A stretch of DNA of 64,000 bases, taken from the NCBI GenBank assembly GCA_943704425.1, contig CALSCP010002097.1, positions 34,908 to 98,907 of the forward strand. The letters run 5' to 3'. The translations under genes and the position numbers were made by a program. The stretch is from Ministeria vibrans ATCC 50519 (lineage: Eukaryota > Protista > Filasterea). Positions 1 through 13,401 of this stretch are shown piece by piece; position 1 is the stretch's first letter; the number at the start of each line of letters is the position of its first letter. Below the pieces are notes generated by a model. That model saw only the letters and a list, made by a program, of their open reading frames with translations. It ran no database searches and was not told the origin of the DNA.

Positions 1-373
1 ACGTGACCCGCAACTGCTGGCATACGCTGAGACCGTCGCCGCCTACTACATTGCTAATGTGCCGTCAGACCTTGTGCCCAAATGGGACTTTGACGTGCCC
101 CCACCGGGTGACTATCGCGACACGAGTGCCGCCAGCATTACCGCAGCCGGCTTGTACGAGCTGGCACACTTTACGGGCAACAGCACCTACCGCACCATCG
201 CCGACTCGACACTTGTTAACCTATCGTCCGCCAAGTACACAAGCGCCCCGTCTGCGTCCATGGCCATCCTCAAGGAGAACGCTCACGACTGCCAGGACCC
301 TCTTTGCACCATTATTGAGTCCGACTATTACTATGTTGAAGCCCTCCAGCGCGTTCGTCGTCTCCAACAATAA
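1..373 (+). CDS. Glycoside hydrolase family 88 (unsaturated glucuronyl hydrolase-like), 3' part; 5' end outside the window
   Basis: VPKWDFD...RDTSAASITAAGLYEL...ESDYYYVEAL matches the C-terminal WDF / RD(S/T)SAA / DYYY.EAL motifs of GH88. Confidence 0.75.
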   Translation, partial: RDPQLLAYAETVAAYYIANVPSDLVPKWDFDVPPPGDYRDTSAASITAAGLYELAHFTGNSTYRTIADSTLVNLSSAKYTSAPSASMAILKENAHDCQDPLCTIIESDYYYVEALQRVRRLQQ

Positions 374-540
374 ATGAAAAACAAACAAACAAATATGTCT
401 TCAAAATTGTGGAGGCAATAATAATTATATTATGTAAATTATTGTATTTATGTATGTATGTTGTATGTAGATGTGTGTGTATGTGTGTGTGTGTGTGTGT
501 GTCTGTTGGTTGTGCGCGTCAAACACGCAGGCTATCATCA

Positions 541-545
541 TCAAA

Positions 546-576
<31 letters not shown>

Positions 577-3500
577 GTCGTCGTCGTCGTCGTCGTCGTC
601 TTCGTCGTCATCATCATCATCATCGTCGTCGTCGCAAGCGGCAAATACACTGTCGCGCTTTGCGTCTGCGACTGCCTTGGCGTGTGTGTGTGCCACCTGA
701 CTTGACTTGCGCGGCACTCCCTGCGGCATCACCTGCCGCCCCCCCACATTGGAAATGCGGTCCACAATAACCGCCGCCGCCCTCCCGGAGTTGCTCTCCT
801 CAGCAGACGGCAGTCTTCTCAACGTTCCTCCTCCGCCACTGGGACCTGCTCCGCCGTTGCTCGCAACCGCACTGCTTCCAATCATTTGCGCAACTAGACG
901 ACACAAATGAATACAACAATAAATTAAAAAAAAAACAAAACACACACACACACACACGCACACAAAATACAACAAGAACATTATTATTATACTATTAATA
1001 CCATTCTGACTCGAGCGTTTCTGGCGCATACTCTGACGAATACGTTCTTGACGCTCGGCAGCATCGCCACGTCCGCGTCTGCTCTGGCGGTCGCGCGCAA
1101 AGGCATTGCCACTGCGCAGCGACGCAATGAGGTCGTCCATGACTCCCTCTTGGTCACCCTCGACGTCGAGGCTCAGGTTGCGCTGCCTCGCCTGCTCCTT
1201 CTGCTGCCGCTGTTCTCGCTCACGCTTGCGCTGTGCCTCCTTCTCCTTGCGCTCGCGTGCTTTGGCGTTGTCCATCACCGCTCCGTCAAGCGCATTGAAG
1301 AAGGTCTGGAACGTCCCAAAGAACTCGTCGGGCGCCATGGTCGCAGGGTTCTCGCCAAAAAAGCGCACCACACTGTCGTACTGCTTCATCATGCGCTCGT
1401 ACACACGCTCCAGCTCGCCAAAGTCTGTGCCGGCCTTGTCAACAAACTCGGCGAGCGCCTCGACAAAGCGATCGCCCTCGGGCAGTCCCTGGGAAGTCGC
1501 CTCGGTGATGCTGCGCTTCATCGTCACAACGCCCTTGCGCAGCTCGGCCATGTCTGCCTGCAGCGACGGCAGCGACGAGCGCGCCGCCTGCTTGACGCTA
1601 CGCAACTCGTTCGTCGTCGTCAGCAACTCGCGCTCCTTGTCCTCACAAAACTGCGAGATAAAGTGTAACAGCGAACTGCGGTTGTCGGCCGTCTTGGTGT
1701 TGGCCAGTTTGGTCAGATGCTCAATCTTGAAACCGCGTGCGCCCGCATTGCGACTGCCCGTGTTCATGTAGTTGCCCAGCAGCAGCACGAGCTCGAGCAG
1801 ACGCTCCAGCTTCTTGCTCCCCTTCACGTCTACCGACGCAGCCAGCACTGCCCGGATCTCGGGTTTTACTTCACGCACCATCTCGGCAAAACGCTTCTTG
1901 AACAGCAGATGCGACAAACGCTCGTCAAGCCGCGGCACCGACACTAGAGCCAACGCAAACTGATCCACCTTGGTCAGTGCCGACGGGTTGTCGGCATGCT
2001 CCCGCAGCTTCTCCTCCTCCTCCTTTGACGGTCGGTACTTCAAAAAGTTGTCCAGTGACTGTTCCGTAAACTTGTCTTCCTCCATCGCAATCAGTTGGTC
2101 GCGCATCACCTGCCAATCAACAACAGCACCCAAAGTTGAAAAAAAAAAACAAAAAAAAACATAAGCAACCCGTGACACGATAAAACTTATAGTAAATGCT
2201 GATGATAATAATATTATTATTATGGGTACCGTCGGTTCGGCTTTGAGTCGCTGAAGCAGAATGGACAGGTTGTGGCTCTTCTTGCCCTCGAGACAGGAGA
2301 TACCCTTATTCTTGGCCTTGGCAAGCGCTCCGCTGGCGCCCCCTTCGCCCGACGCAATGTCTGCGCCCGAAGGCTTGGCGCCAAACTGTCGCTGCAGCTC
2401 GAGAAAGTCAATGGAGTCCTCAAAGCGGTTGACGTCTGCCTTGGCCCACACCGTGTCGACAATCTTGGACTCGTTGAATTTGACCCAGTTGAGACGTTTC
2501 ATGGGCACTGCCGGAGTGTGCTTGAGCTCGGGACCCGTCGGACCCGCGGCATTGAACATGCCAAAGACGGGTGGTGGTGGCGGAGCGCCCGGTGGTGGTG
2601 GAGCGTCGGGCACGTCACCCATGGGCGGTGCTGGCGGTGGGGGAGGTGGCGGAGCACCGCCCAATGAGGTACGCGAGGCACGGTTACTTAACACGGAAGT
2701 GTCGGCTGCGCCACCGACACCTGTACCGTCACCCGAACCGCCCGAGCCATCGCCCGTACCCACACCACGCTGTCTCATTTCGTCCATCTGCTGACGCAAC
2801 TCGGCAATCGTCTCTTGCGCCTCCTCAATGGCAAGGTGTGCCTCCTCAAGCTCCGTGTTGAGCTTGAGTTCGCGATCTGTCTTCTCCTGCACGGTCTGAG
2901 CCAGGTCGGTCTCGAGGTCGCCAATGCGCATCTGTGCACTCGCAAGCTTGTCCTGTAGATTGAACTGAACCAACAGACGATCGACGTCCATGGTGAAGTG
3001 CCCCCGAAAGTCCGGGTCGACGCCGTTGCGCTGGAGAATAATCTGCGTGACGGCCTCGTCGATGAGACGAAAGTAGTGCTTGCGGGCGGCGTAGTCGTCA
3101 CGGATGAGCATGAGGTGCTGCAGGATGGAGAGCAGGTGCAATTCTGAGCTCGTACCGCCCACGACGTTTTTCAACAGCATAAAAATCTCCTGTGGGTCTG
3201 TGATCTCCATTTGGATCTTCTCAAAGCGGTCGAGAAGCTCGCTGTAGTCGTGACGCGTCTCGTGCTCAAACACGTCAAGTTGGACGTGCAGTGCGTCGTT
3301 GCCCGTCTGACGCAATGAACCGAGAATGTCGCCGAGACCTAACAGGAGCACTTCGTTGCGCAAGTGCAGACGGAACTCAAGGTCACCGGGACTGTTGACG
3401 AGCGCATTGATGAAGGTGACGCACGCAACCTGCAACGTCACCTTGGTCGCCTGGCTGAGGATGTCGACGAGGGAGGCGAGACGCGTGTCCGATTCGCCAC

Positions 3501-4310
3501 GCGCATTGCCTAGCTGTGTCATGGCTTCGAGGACCATGCGATGACCATCGGGCGGCACGAGACAAACGGCAGCAAGCAACTCGAGCACCATGATGACCGT
3601 CTTTTCCTCGCCTGTCACAATGGCGCGCGCGACGTACATGAGCGTGCCGCTGTTTTGAATCACGTCGAGCAGACCGTGCTTGTTGTTCATGTAGGCCGCG
3701 AGCGACGCCACACACTCGTGCTGAATGGTCTGTTCCAGTTTCTCGTTGTGACGCGGTCGCTCGACGTCTGCGTCTCGCAGCACCTTCATGAGCGTGCTCA
3801 TGCCTTTGATCGACTTGAACTGCTTCACCCACGAGATGGGCTGAGCCTTGAGCGACACCTTGAGGCGCGTGAGCACGTTGGGCAACAGTTTTGGAGCGCG
3901 GATCATTTGAACCTCCTTGAGGCATGTTTCAGGACTGTCCCAGTCTTTGGAGTCGTGTTTCTACAAATTTATTCAAGGAAATAATAATACGCGATGGTAA
4001 ACATTCGAGTTTGGCGTGTGTCATGAATGCACATCTGGCTACTTCGGTACCTCCTCCTTTTTTCGGTGAACGCACAACATGGTCCACTTCTTGGCCATTT
4101 CCTGTTCGAGCATGGGCGCTCGCTTGTCCGGCGGAATGTTCATTTCGTCCATGAGCGAAATAAACTGTTCGTTGAGCTGAGTCTCCGTCATGTCTGTCGG
4201 CATCGGCTTGATCTCCACCGACATGTGCGACTGGCCCATCAGCGACGACGAGGACACGTCGTACTTGGACTCTTTCTTCTTTCGAAACATCATTTTCGAC
4301 TGTGGTCGTA

Positions 4311-4344
<34 letters not shown>

Positions 4345-4821
4345 CGAGAGAAGAAGATGGTTCGTCAGCGAACATTGCAAAATCGAGCGTTAGACGGAGA
4401 AGTGGCAGCCTGGAGAGGGCGTGAATGTATAGTTCGTGCACACTACTTGAGATTGCATCGGAGGAAGAGGCAATTGAAAGAGGCAGTGCAGAGAACGGTG
4501 AAGATGTGGTTTAAAAAAAAAAAAAAAAACTTTTTTTTGTTGTGACGACAGGAACACATTTCGACTTATTTTCTTGTTGGTGAGGATAGAAGAGAAGAGA
4601 AGGGTTGCGAATGGGGAACGACGGAGGCAAATGTGAACTGGCGAGTTGAACTTTTCAAATCGAGCAAAATAGAGCATCAAGGGGGGACAGCGAGGGGGGC
4701 TGAGGCGCACATGGGAGATGGAGGACGCGGATGGAGCGGGAGGGGTGGTGGTGGGGCGGATCGAGGCGGTTGCGGGCGAGGGATTCGTGTTGAGGTGATA
4801 CGGTGCGCATTTACTTACCAT
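541..4821 (-). CDS. Diaphanous-related formin (GBD/FH3-FH1-FH2-DAD), multi-exon, poly-Asp C-terminus
   Basis: GBD start (LMDEMNIPPDKRAPM..KKW, 4050-4293), FH3 (FINALVN..DLEFRLHLRNE), poly-Pro FH1, FH2 (MKRLNW, LLGNYMN, GFKI..L.KL..TK), DAD (GVMDDLIASLRSGNAF). ATG|GTAAGT at 4821-4819 splices in frame to cag|TCG AAA ATG at 4299. Introns include 894-1001 and 2110-2229. Confidence 0.9.
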
Positions 4822-5304
4822 GGTGATTGGCACAACCTTCCCGAAGCGGGGCTCGCGGCAGTCGGGTGCTGCGAGGCAGTACACAGAGACAAGCGCAGAA
4901 AAGGCGAGAGCCCGTGAGGGTCTGAGGGATCAATGACAAGTTTGAGTGATAAGTGATTTCAGATTTGACTCTGAAATGAAATGGATTTGAGTGAGTTGAC
5001 ACTTGACAGTCTGAGTGAAGTATCTGAACTCTCTTTTAATTATGCTGACTCAACGCTATACGTTTGGTCCCCTGTGCGATTCGTCTGTATATACGCTTTG
5101 GACCGCTGTAAATGATAAAAGCAATCCTACTTCTAATGTCGAATCAAGGGAACGACGAGCCAGAAGCGCAGTAGGGCGCTTGTTCATACTGTTATTTTCT
5201 GTCAATTGGAACAGACGACACAATCGCACACAATATCGATTTGTGTATGTTCCAACGTACTATATATATACAATAGATACCGCCGCCACTGGCTGTTTAC
5301 AGAG

Positions 5305-6484
5305 TCAGACGCTGGACTCGCGTGCGGCGGCAAGACGAGCGCGCTGGCAAGCAATGGCACGGTCCAGAGTGGCCAGGCGCGCCCGGTTCGCTGCAATGCG
5401 CTCTTCAAGCACTCGTGCAATGAGACCGTGGACCTTTTGAAGCATCGTTGTGAGCGCAGACACTGCGACACACACACACATATAGAGGAGTGTGTGATGT
5501 TAGAAAGCGACAAGTAAGGCTGTCTCGAAATCGGTTACCAAAGACAAGGCCATTCTGAAATGCGACAATGCTTGTGTCGGGGTTTTCTGCGTCCAGAGAG
5601 TGGCGTGAGGCGAGGAAAAGCGCGCGTTCCTCGTTTACAAGTGCCTGCAGCAGCTGTGTCAGTGCTGTGGGCTGGAAAAGACTGTCGCGCGCACTGCTGT
5701 CGAATATTTCTAATGGAATTTGAACGGCCTCGTAGCTAACAGAGAAAGAAAAGGAAGCAAAGCAGAAAGGCGTCGCGTATACGCGAGTACGTGTGTGCAA
5801 AAGTGAATGTGTGAGTGAGTGAGATGCAAAACAACGTTCGAGTTTGTACCCGCCAGCGTCGCATTGTTTCGCTTGAAAGCACGTTACATAAACATGTTCC
5901 ATCTACGTAGGGAGGCGGATAAGCGCAATGTGTTCCTTTTATCACGTTATTCTCTCCCTGCCTTTATCTCTTACCAGGGAGGGCTCGCTGCGAAACACGG
6001 AGAAAATGAGACCACAAAAGGTATGATCGAGCATCTGCTGCTGAGCCTGTGTGAGTGCGTCTGCGACGGCAAAAGACGTGTTTGAAAAGAGCGCTCTGGT
6101 CTCAATCGACGACCTACCAACATGCGAAGGCCATACGGTGAGCTTGGGGTGGGAATGGTACCAGCCGACGACGCGCGTCGCAAGGCCCGTCGTCTGCTCC
6201 AGCTCCTCCATTTCGCCAACGACGCTCGTCAGCACCTCCGCGGGGATTTCTACGCGGTCGCACTTGCGGTCACTTCGTTCAAACACCCTAATCGAGTAGA
6301 TGCGCACTTCGTTGTCGCTCTACAGTCGCGCAGAAGAGTGTCGGGTCGAGAATAAGCGATTTCACATCAAGTCACATACCACAGTTCCAATTAAACAACC
6401 CATAATCTCCTCCTTATTCGTCGTCTGCGCATGGGTAAAACACAGCTCCAGTGCCGAAGCTGACAGCAAGGCGCGCTCCAGCAT
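5305..6484 (-). CDS. BRCC3: BRCC36-like JAMM/MPN+ K63 deubiquitinase, multi-exon
   Basis: HAQTTNKEEIMGCLIG, RSDRKCDRVEI, VVGWYHSHPKLTVWPSHV and FCGLIFSVF match BRCC36; coiled-coil last exon ends at the TGA at 5305. Confidence 0.88.
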
Positions 6485-6777
6485 AGTAAATAATTTGAGT
6501 ACGTTCGAAGTGGTTCGAAATTCGAATCATAAGGTATAAGAGTTAGTTAGCATCTTGCAAATATCGTCAATAGCGTCACTATCATTTATCGCGACTACCG
6601 TCTTCGACTCTCTTTGACTAACTAACAAGTTAGCGTTGGGATCACGTACTTAAGGCGTTTTACTGTTCGACCGAATAAGAATTAATAATAATAATTATTA
6701 TTATTATTATAATTGTGATAATATTATTATAATAATATTATCATATTCAATAAAATATTTTTAAGTCTTTCCACTCT

Positions 6778-8783
6778 ATGAGCTCTGAGGTCGAACAGGA
6801 AGTTGCGACTCAGGAAGTTGTGACTAGCGCTGAAGCGGTGAGTGGCGACGCTGCGGTCGCAATGGACTCGGGAGAGCCGACTGCAAACAATGAAGCGTGT
6901 GGCGTCGATTCACAATCGCAAGCGCCTGAGGTGTCAGTTTCGCACGTTCATCCAGTGCACGCCCTCCAAGAGCCTGTGCCGAGCGTGGCGTCGGCACAGG
7001 GTGGTGAGAATGCCGTGCGGGAGAGTGGGGCTGAAGAAAACGATGCCACGCCGTCGACGTCGGGTCACGAAAAAAATGCTGCCACTGAAGCTCCAAGCAC
7101 CAGTGAGCCCCAAGCTGCCGGTAGTAGTGATGCGCTCGTGTCTGGCGCGAGCGAGGAGACCGGGGCCGCTGTGGAAACGGCTGCTGTGGAGGGAGCGGTC
7201 GTTGTTCCCGAATCGCATTTGGGCGCGTCGCGCCGATCGCGCTCACCGTCGTTGTCACGAAGCAGCAAAGAGAAGGAGAAGGAAGGTAGAGGTGATGCTG
7301 AACATCATGGGCATCACAGCAGCAAAGACCGCGAACATGAGCGAGAGAAGGACAAAGACAGGGCGCGTCCGCCCTCGTCGTCCTTATCGTCGTCACGTCG
7401 CCGATCTCGCTCCCGTTCGCCACCGAGTCGTGGCCGATCGTCGTCGTCGCGTCGTCGCAGCCGAAGTCGAAGTCCTCCCTCGTCACGTCGTAGTGGATCG
7501 TCACGACGCGATCGTGATCGCTCTCCGCCTCGGGTGGGCGCCGCGCGTTTTCGCTCTCTTCCCGAAGCTTGTCGTGTGTTCATTGGAAATCTCGCACCCC
7601 AGTCGGTCACCACCCCCGAAGTACGGGCACGCTTTGAGAAATACGGGCGTGTGCTGGAGGTGGCGTTGCATGATCGATTCTGCTTTGTGCAATTCGACAC
7701 GGTCGAGAGTGCGCAAGAGGCAATTCTCCACGAAAAGGGCACTCAGCTAGGCAACCGCACCATCGATGTGAGTATTGCAGGGGCACCGGGCACAGTGCGA
7801 CGTGGACCCCCAGTGACGGCGACCACCGGTCCTCCACAGCCAGGAGCGGCGATTCCCTACGGGGCCCATAGTGCTGCGTCATCGTACGGTCGTCACCAGC
7901 CTCAGTCAGTGCCACAGCAACACCACAACCCGTACCAACAGCAAGGCACAGGGGCGCCCCCAAACCGTCATGGTGGGCCCTCTGCCCCTGTGCCTGTTGC
8001 CATGCCTCCACCGGCGCCATCGAGTGCCGTTGCAGCGCCGGCCGACCTCAAAATCATCGTCAAAACACGCGACCAGATTAGCTATGCCGAGCAAATTGCA
8101 ACGAGTGTCGTGCGTGAAGTACGTCTTGAAATTGACATTATGGTGCTAGACAGTCTTCCGGTGCGCGAGGCGACGACGCGTGCCCGTCGCGAAGGGGTGG
8201 GACTTCTTGCTGTCGTGTACCCCAACGACAATGTTCGTGGCGTCGTCACCGTCCATGTCTTTCATCGCACTCCTCCCGCCGGTAAGGGACCCATGCGCAC
8301 CAGGCGAACCAATTAATTTTGTATTTTGTGGTTATTTGTAGAGTTTTCCAATGTGCCCATTGTCGAGGCAGTGCGCATTATTGTAGGCGAGCACCAACGA
8401 GCGATGCAGTTGCGAGGCCAGCATGTCGTCCCTCCTGCTGCGACCGCTGCGGCTCCTATTGGCGCTCCCTATGCTCCCCAGCCGCCGTATCATCAAAATC
8501 CGCCTCCTCCGCCTCACCAGCAGCACCAACCGTCGTACGCCCCGCAGCAGACCGCTCAAACATCGTACTACCAGCAGCAGCAACAACAACCACCGCAGCA
8601 ACAGCAACAACAGCGGTACCCTCAGTCAGCGTACGGAGCTGCCGCTGCTGGTGCCGGTCCTACTGTTGCGCCGTCACAACCTCCTCCACCACAGGCTCAC
8701 TCGACGTACTCCGGTGCATTCCCAGGCTCTTCTGCATTGCAGGAGCAAGAGGCAGCTGTGCAAGCCAAGATCATGACTCTACT

Positions 8784-8814
<31 letters not shown>

Positions 8815-9012
8815 CAACAACAACAACAGCAACAACCCAATCTGTATGGACGGCCTCCTGCCTCCAGCACTGCACCTGCTGCGTACGGCACCGCCTCTCA
8901 ACCGCCCTACTCTAACGCACCGGCCCAACAGCAACATTACCACCCCCAACAACACCAACCGCACCAACCACACCAGCAGCACCAGCAGCACCAACAACAC
9001 CACCCCCATCCT

Positions 9013-9050
<38 letters not shown>

Positions 9051-9204
9051 GCAGCACGCACAGCTACCGTCATCTCAACACGCCGCATCCGCGTCCATTC
9101 CCGTCGTCCCTTCAGCCATTGACCTCTCTCGTCCCGACATGAAACGCGCTCTCGACGAACTCCTTGCCAATCCTGCCCTTCTCAGTTCTCTCTCTCGTCG
9201 CTAA
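6778..9204 (+). CDS. NCOA5-like RNA-binding protein (RS-rich region, RRM, anticodon-binding-like domain, Q/P-rich tail)
   Basis: RRM (RVFIGNL...FCFVQF), then IIVKTRDQISYAEQI...VTVHVF...EFSNVP, resembling the NCOA5 domain; intron 8282-8341. Confidence 0.65.
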
Positions 9205-9362
9205 CCACCCGGAGAAAACAAAATATAGAAAAAAAAACTGATATAAAAATGAAAGGTTCCTATAATGTTACTAATGATATCTTTTGTTTGTACTACGCTC
9301 CATTTATTTTATTTCTCTGCCTATTCCGGTTCACTAAATTCATATTTTGCACTGTGTAATAG

Positions 9363-10795
9363 TTATTGATCTTTCTTGAGCTGGGGGTCGGTGGGAGTTT
9401 CGCCGGCAAAGGGATCGTTCTGGTCGTCGGTGGTGGCGAGCTTCCACATGAAGCGAGCAAAGACAAGGAAGACGACAAGACCGCCCAGGCCAATGTACGG
9501 ATGGTCCCGGTACATCTGCAGGAAGGGCTGGACGCCGTTGCGCATGCCCCGCAGCAGCGCTGCCATCACGCCTGTGCCTCCGCTGGCCTCTATCTTGCCT
9601 TCAACAACGTCAGTGACAAACGCCGTAATAGCGTCCGCTGTGACGGCCGTGTCGCGAGGTAGCGGCCAGTTTTCGCGCGTCGACGAGCGCCACACGACCA
9701 CGGTGGGTACGTCGTCCTCAGTCATGCCAAACTCACCGCGGTAAAAATTGGAGTAGTCGTTGATGTTGGCGACGACAAACTGAAAGTCGCGTGCCTCAGG
9801 CAGCACCGTGGCGCTCGCCTCCGTCACCTGGGTGGCCGCCTGACGCATGGCCAAGCCCAGTTCGCTGCCCAGGTCCGCACTCGACTGCACACCCATGACA
9901 AGTGTCTTACCCGAGTCCGCCAAAAATTGTCCATTTTGCGGTGTGAGCGGTGGACACAATGGCCAGCGTTCCAGTGCGAACCAATCGCTCAGCTGCGACG
10001 CGGCAAAAGCTCCGCCAAAAGGCTCAAACGACACCACACGGCCGTCTTTGCACGCCACCACCGCAACACCATTGCTGTTGGGTGCGGCCACCGTCACCGA
10101 CAGTTTAGCCAGCACCTCCTTGTTGTTCGTCTCATAAAAATCGACTAAGGAATAAAAAGTGTGAGGATAGGAGTCAACACGAGCGATGTGGCGATCAAGC
10201 ACTGCTTACCACCCATGAAGTTTGCTCGGGCGAGCTTGCGAAACTCGAGGGACACATTGGGTGGCACGCGTTTGCCACCCTTCTTCTTCTTGACGGGTTC
10301 GTCGGCAAGGGCGCTGGTGCTGTCGCTGTCGACGCGTGCGTGGACGAAGAAGACGGAGTGGGTCTTTTCCGCGGCGGCACGGATCTGTTCGAGTTGCGCG
10401 ACGCTCGTGATCGCCTTGACAGGCTCGCTTGTGGCACGGTGTACATACTCCTTGAGTTGCGGGAGCTTGCGATCGCCGCGGTAGTCTGGGAAGGCGACGC
10501 CGTCGTGGAAGAGCGTCAAAGTGGGGAATCCGCGAACCTTCTCGCACGCCGTGGGTGGCGACGATTGTGTACAGTCGACGCGCACCACCTTGACGCCTTG
10601 TACCTCGTGCGACAGTCTCTCCCACGTGGGCTCCAGCGTTTGGCAGTGGCCGCACCACGGCGCGAAAAACTTGACAAAGGTGTAGCCCTTGTTGACGGCA
10701 TCATCAAAGGTCTCGTCCGTCAGCAACGCCACTTCGCCGTAGGCCGTCGCCACTGCAAGTGCACCCAGAAAGGTAAGGGTTGTCGTCAAGCGCAT
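9363..10795 (-). CDS. Membrane-anchored protein disulfide isomerase (TMX3-like)
   Basis: Signal peptide MRLTTTLTFLGALAV, thioredoxin site FFAPWCGHC, C-terminal TM helix and di-lysine KKDQ ER-retrieval end; one intron at about 10150-10209. Confidence 0.8.
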
Positions 10796-11522
10796 CGCAA
10801 AGGTTAATTTTTGACTTTTACGATCGTTGATCAAAATTCCTCTCCATTGAAATTTCACATTTTGTTTCCCTTTTTTGTTGCATTTGGCTTGAGACTATAT
10901 CATCATGGTATGGAGAGGGTGACTGGCGCCTTGCGATTTGTCTTTTTTTCTGTCCTTTCGCGTCGATGTCATTGTGACTCTCCTGAAAAATCCCCAACAT
11001 CTTCCGCCTTGTGATGCGCATCAGATCGCGTCTTTGACGGGACCTCGTGTATTTCCGGGCGCGACTGCGGCAATGCTTGTCGCCTTGCGTGTGCCATGAT
11101 TTTTTTTTTTGCGTTTTTTGTATCAGTTGTTGAGTGCTCCTTGCGCTCACTCCCGCTCCTCGTGAGGGGCGTGTCGCCCTCTCGTTCTGAACCACTCACC
11201 TCTGCTCTGGCGCCCGGCCTGATCCGTGTGTTTTTTTTCCCTCTGTCATCCGCTCGTCAAAACGTTCCACTCTTTCTCTTTCGCTTTCTCTCTCTCTCTC
11301 TCTCTCTCGGTCTCTCCTCTCTCTCCTCTCCCTCTCTTTCTCTCTCTCTCTCTCTCTCTCGCCCCGCTTTGGGTTTCAGCGACGCGGCGTCGTCATCGCC
11401 CTCTCGACCACCCTACATGTCCCCCTGCCCCTTCCTTGCCCCCCTCCCCCCTCTCCTTGTCCGCTCCGAACGCACAACATTATTATTATTATTAATTTTT
11501 TTTTTTTTTACTTTTGATGAAA

Positions 11523-11563
<41 letters not shown>

Positions 11564-12508
11564 GCTCCTATTCAATGCACGCCACATGGCAGTAGCCCAG
11601 ACCGCTGCCAATTGCTACTTTGGTCCTTATTGTGACGTTGGAGCAGCAATCGCTTGCTTAACAGCGCGACACTATTTTTTTTTTTTTTTTTTTTTTTTTT
11701 GACACACACACAGTTCCCGCTTGCTCCACGCCGTATGGCCCCGTTCGCGTCTGCACCTTCCTCTCCCTGCTGTCTGCTGTCTTCTTGCACCACCAGACCT
11801 CCCTCTCGCTTGCGCTGAGTGTCTACTTTTTGAAGTGCCGAGAGTTAAAAAAAAAAAAAAAGCCTCGAGAAAAAAAACCGTAGAGGGAGCAACGCACGGC
11901 TTTGACGGTGTGTGCGACACACACGTGTGTGGATGGTGGTGGCGGGCGAGGCGTACCGCTTGAAGAGGCGTGTTTGGCGATAGAAAAGAAAAAAAAAAGG
12001 GCTTTTTGGAGCAAAGGGGAATCTCTCGTGTGCCGCCACTCCTCTCGTGGGGCACTGCTGTCTTTCGCACTCGTCTGCGAACCAGCGCACAGCCCCCCGG
12101 TGCGTCTCTGCACCGTACATGCCGGCCTAGGCGGCCGTGGATGTCCACGCGTGGTGAATTTCAAGACTCTTTTTTTTTTTTTTTTTTTGGTCTTGTCGTG
12201 ACTCTCTTTGGGCAGCGACAACACGTGCGTCGTCCACGGATCACCCACGATCTTCTAGCGCTTCGTCTCTTCCCGTTGTTCCTGCTCCGTCTGTTCCTTC
12301 CCATTTTGTACTATTTTTTATTGCTTTTTGGCTCTCCTCTTGTGTTCAATCGCACGGGCTACCATCACGCACTCCGCACTGCACACGCCTCTCTTATCCA
12401 CCCCTCCCTCACGCTCCTTCTATCCATGATTCATGGACTCGTCGTCGTATTTTTTGTCTCATCTCGTTCTGACTTATGTATCTTTGCGTCTTCTCCTTCT
12501 CTCCAGCA

Positions 12509-13294
12509 ATGCCGCGCGGACCCAAGCTCCATCTCAAGCGGTTGAACGCCCCCCACCATTGGCTTTTGGACAAAGTCTCGGGTCGCTTTGCGCCCAAGCC
12601 TTCTCCCGGACCGCACAAGTCGCGTGAGTGCATTCCGCTCATTGTCTTCATCCGTAACCGCCTGAAGTACGCGCTGACGGGCCAGGAGGTGAAGCTCATC
12701 TGCATGCAGCGTCTGATCAAGGTCGACGGTAAGGTGCGCACAGACACCAACTACCCGGCCGGCTTCATGGACGTCGTGTCCCTGGAGCGCAGCAACGAGC
12801 ACTTCCGCATGATGTTCGACACCAAGGGCCGCTTCACCGTGCACCGCATCACCCCCGAGGAGGCGCGCTACAAACTGTGCAAGGTCAAGGCTGTGCGTGT
12901 CGGCGCCAAGAGCGTTCCTTGCGTCACGCTCCACGATGGCCGCACCATCCGCTACCCCGACCCGCTCGCCAAGGTCGCCGACTCGGTCAAGGTTGACCTC
13001 GAGACCAACACCGTCACGGACGTGATCAAGTTCGACACTGGCTCGCTCGTCATGATCACAGGCGGACACAACATCGGCCGTGTGGGCACAGTCGTCCAGA
13101 AGGAGCGCCACCCCGGCTCCTTTGACATTGTTCACGTCAAGGACTCGGCGGGCCGCTCGTTCGCTACCCGCTCCGGCAACGTCTTCGTCATTGGCAAGGG
13201 CAGCAAGGCCCTGGTGTCCCTCCCCAAGACCAAGGGCGTCCGTCTTACCATCGCCCAGGAGCGCGACCGCCGCTTCGCAAAGGCGTCTGCATAA
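12509..13294 (+). CDS. RPS4: 40S ribosomal protein S4 (eS4)
   Basis: [22 protein letters not shown]...RNRLKYAL...[14 protein letters not shown]; full length, strongly biased codon usage. Confidence 0.98.
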   Translation: MPRGPKLHLKRLNAPHHWLLDKVSGRFAPKPSPGPHKSRECIPLIVFIRNRLKYALTGQEVKLICMQRLIKVDGKVRTDTNYPAGFMDVVSLERSNEHFRMMFDTKGRFTVHRITPEEARYKLCKVKAVRVGAKSVPCVTLHDGRTIRYPDPLAKVADSVKVDLETNTVTDVIKFDTGSLVMITGGHNIGRVGTVVQKERHPGSFDIVHVKDSAGRSFATRSGNVFVIGKGSKALVSLPKTKGVRLTIAQERDRRFAKASA

Positions 13295-13401
13295 ACAAAT
13301 CTCCCCACCACTTTTTGAGTACACAAAAAAGAAATATCTGTTCCAAAAAACTGAAATTAGCTATGAGAAGGAAAAAGAGAGAGGAGAAAGAAACAAAAGG
13401 C

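Noticed and set aside
409-770. Poly-Ser/His/Ile ORFs on the + strand
   Set aside because: Antisense shadows of the formin poly-Asp codons and 3' UTR microsatellites
10891-10915. GAGACTATA...|GTATGG resembling an intron-split U3 snoRNA 5' end
   Set aside because: No downstream box A continuation (GATCATTTC) or boxes B/C found
12425-12473. ATGATTC...CTGA as a C/D snoRNA upstream of RPS4
   Set aside because: Poor C box and too short; CTGAC is better explained as the branch point
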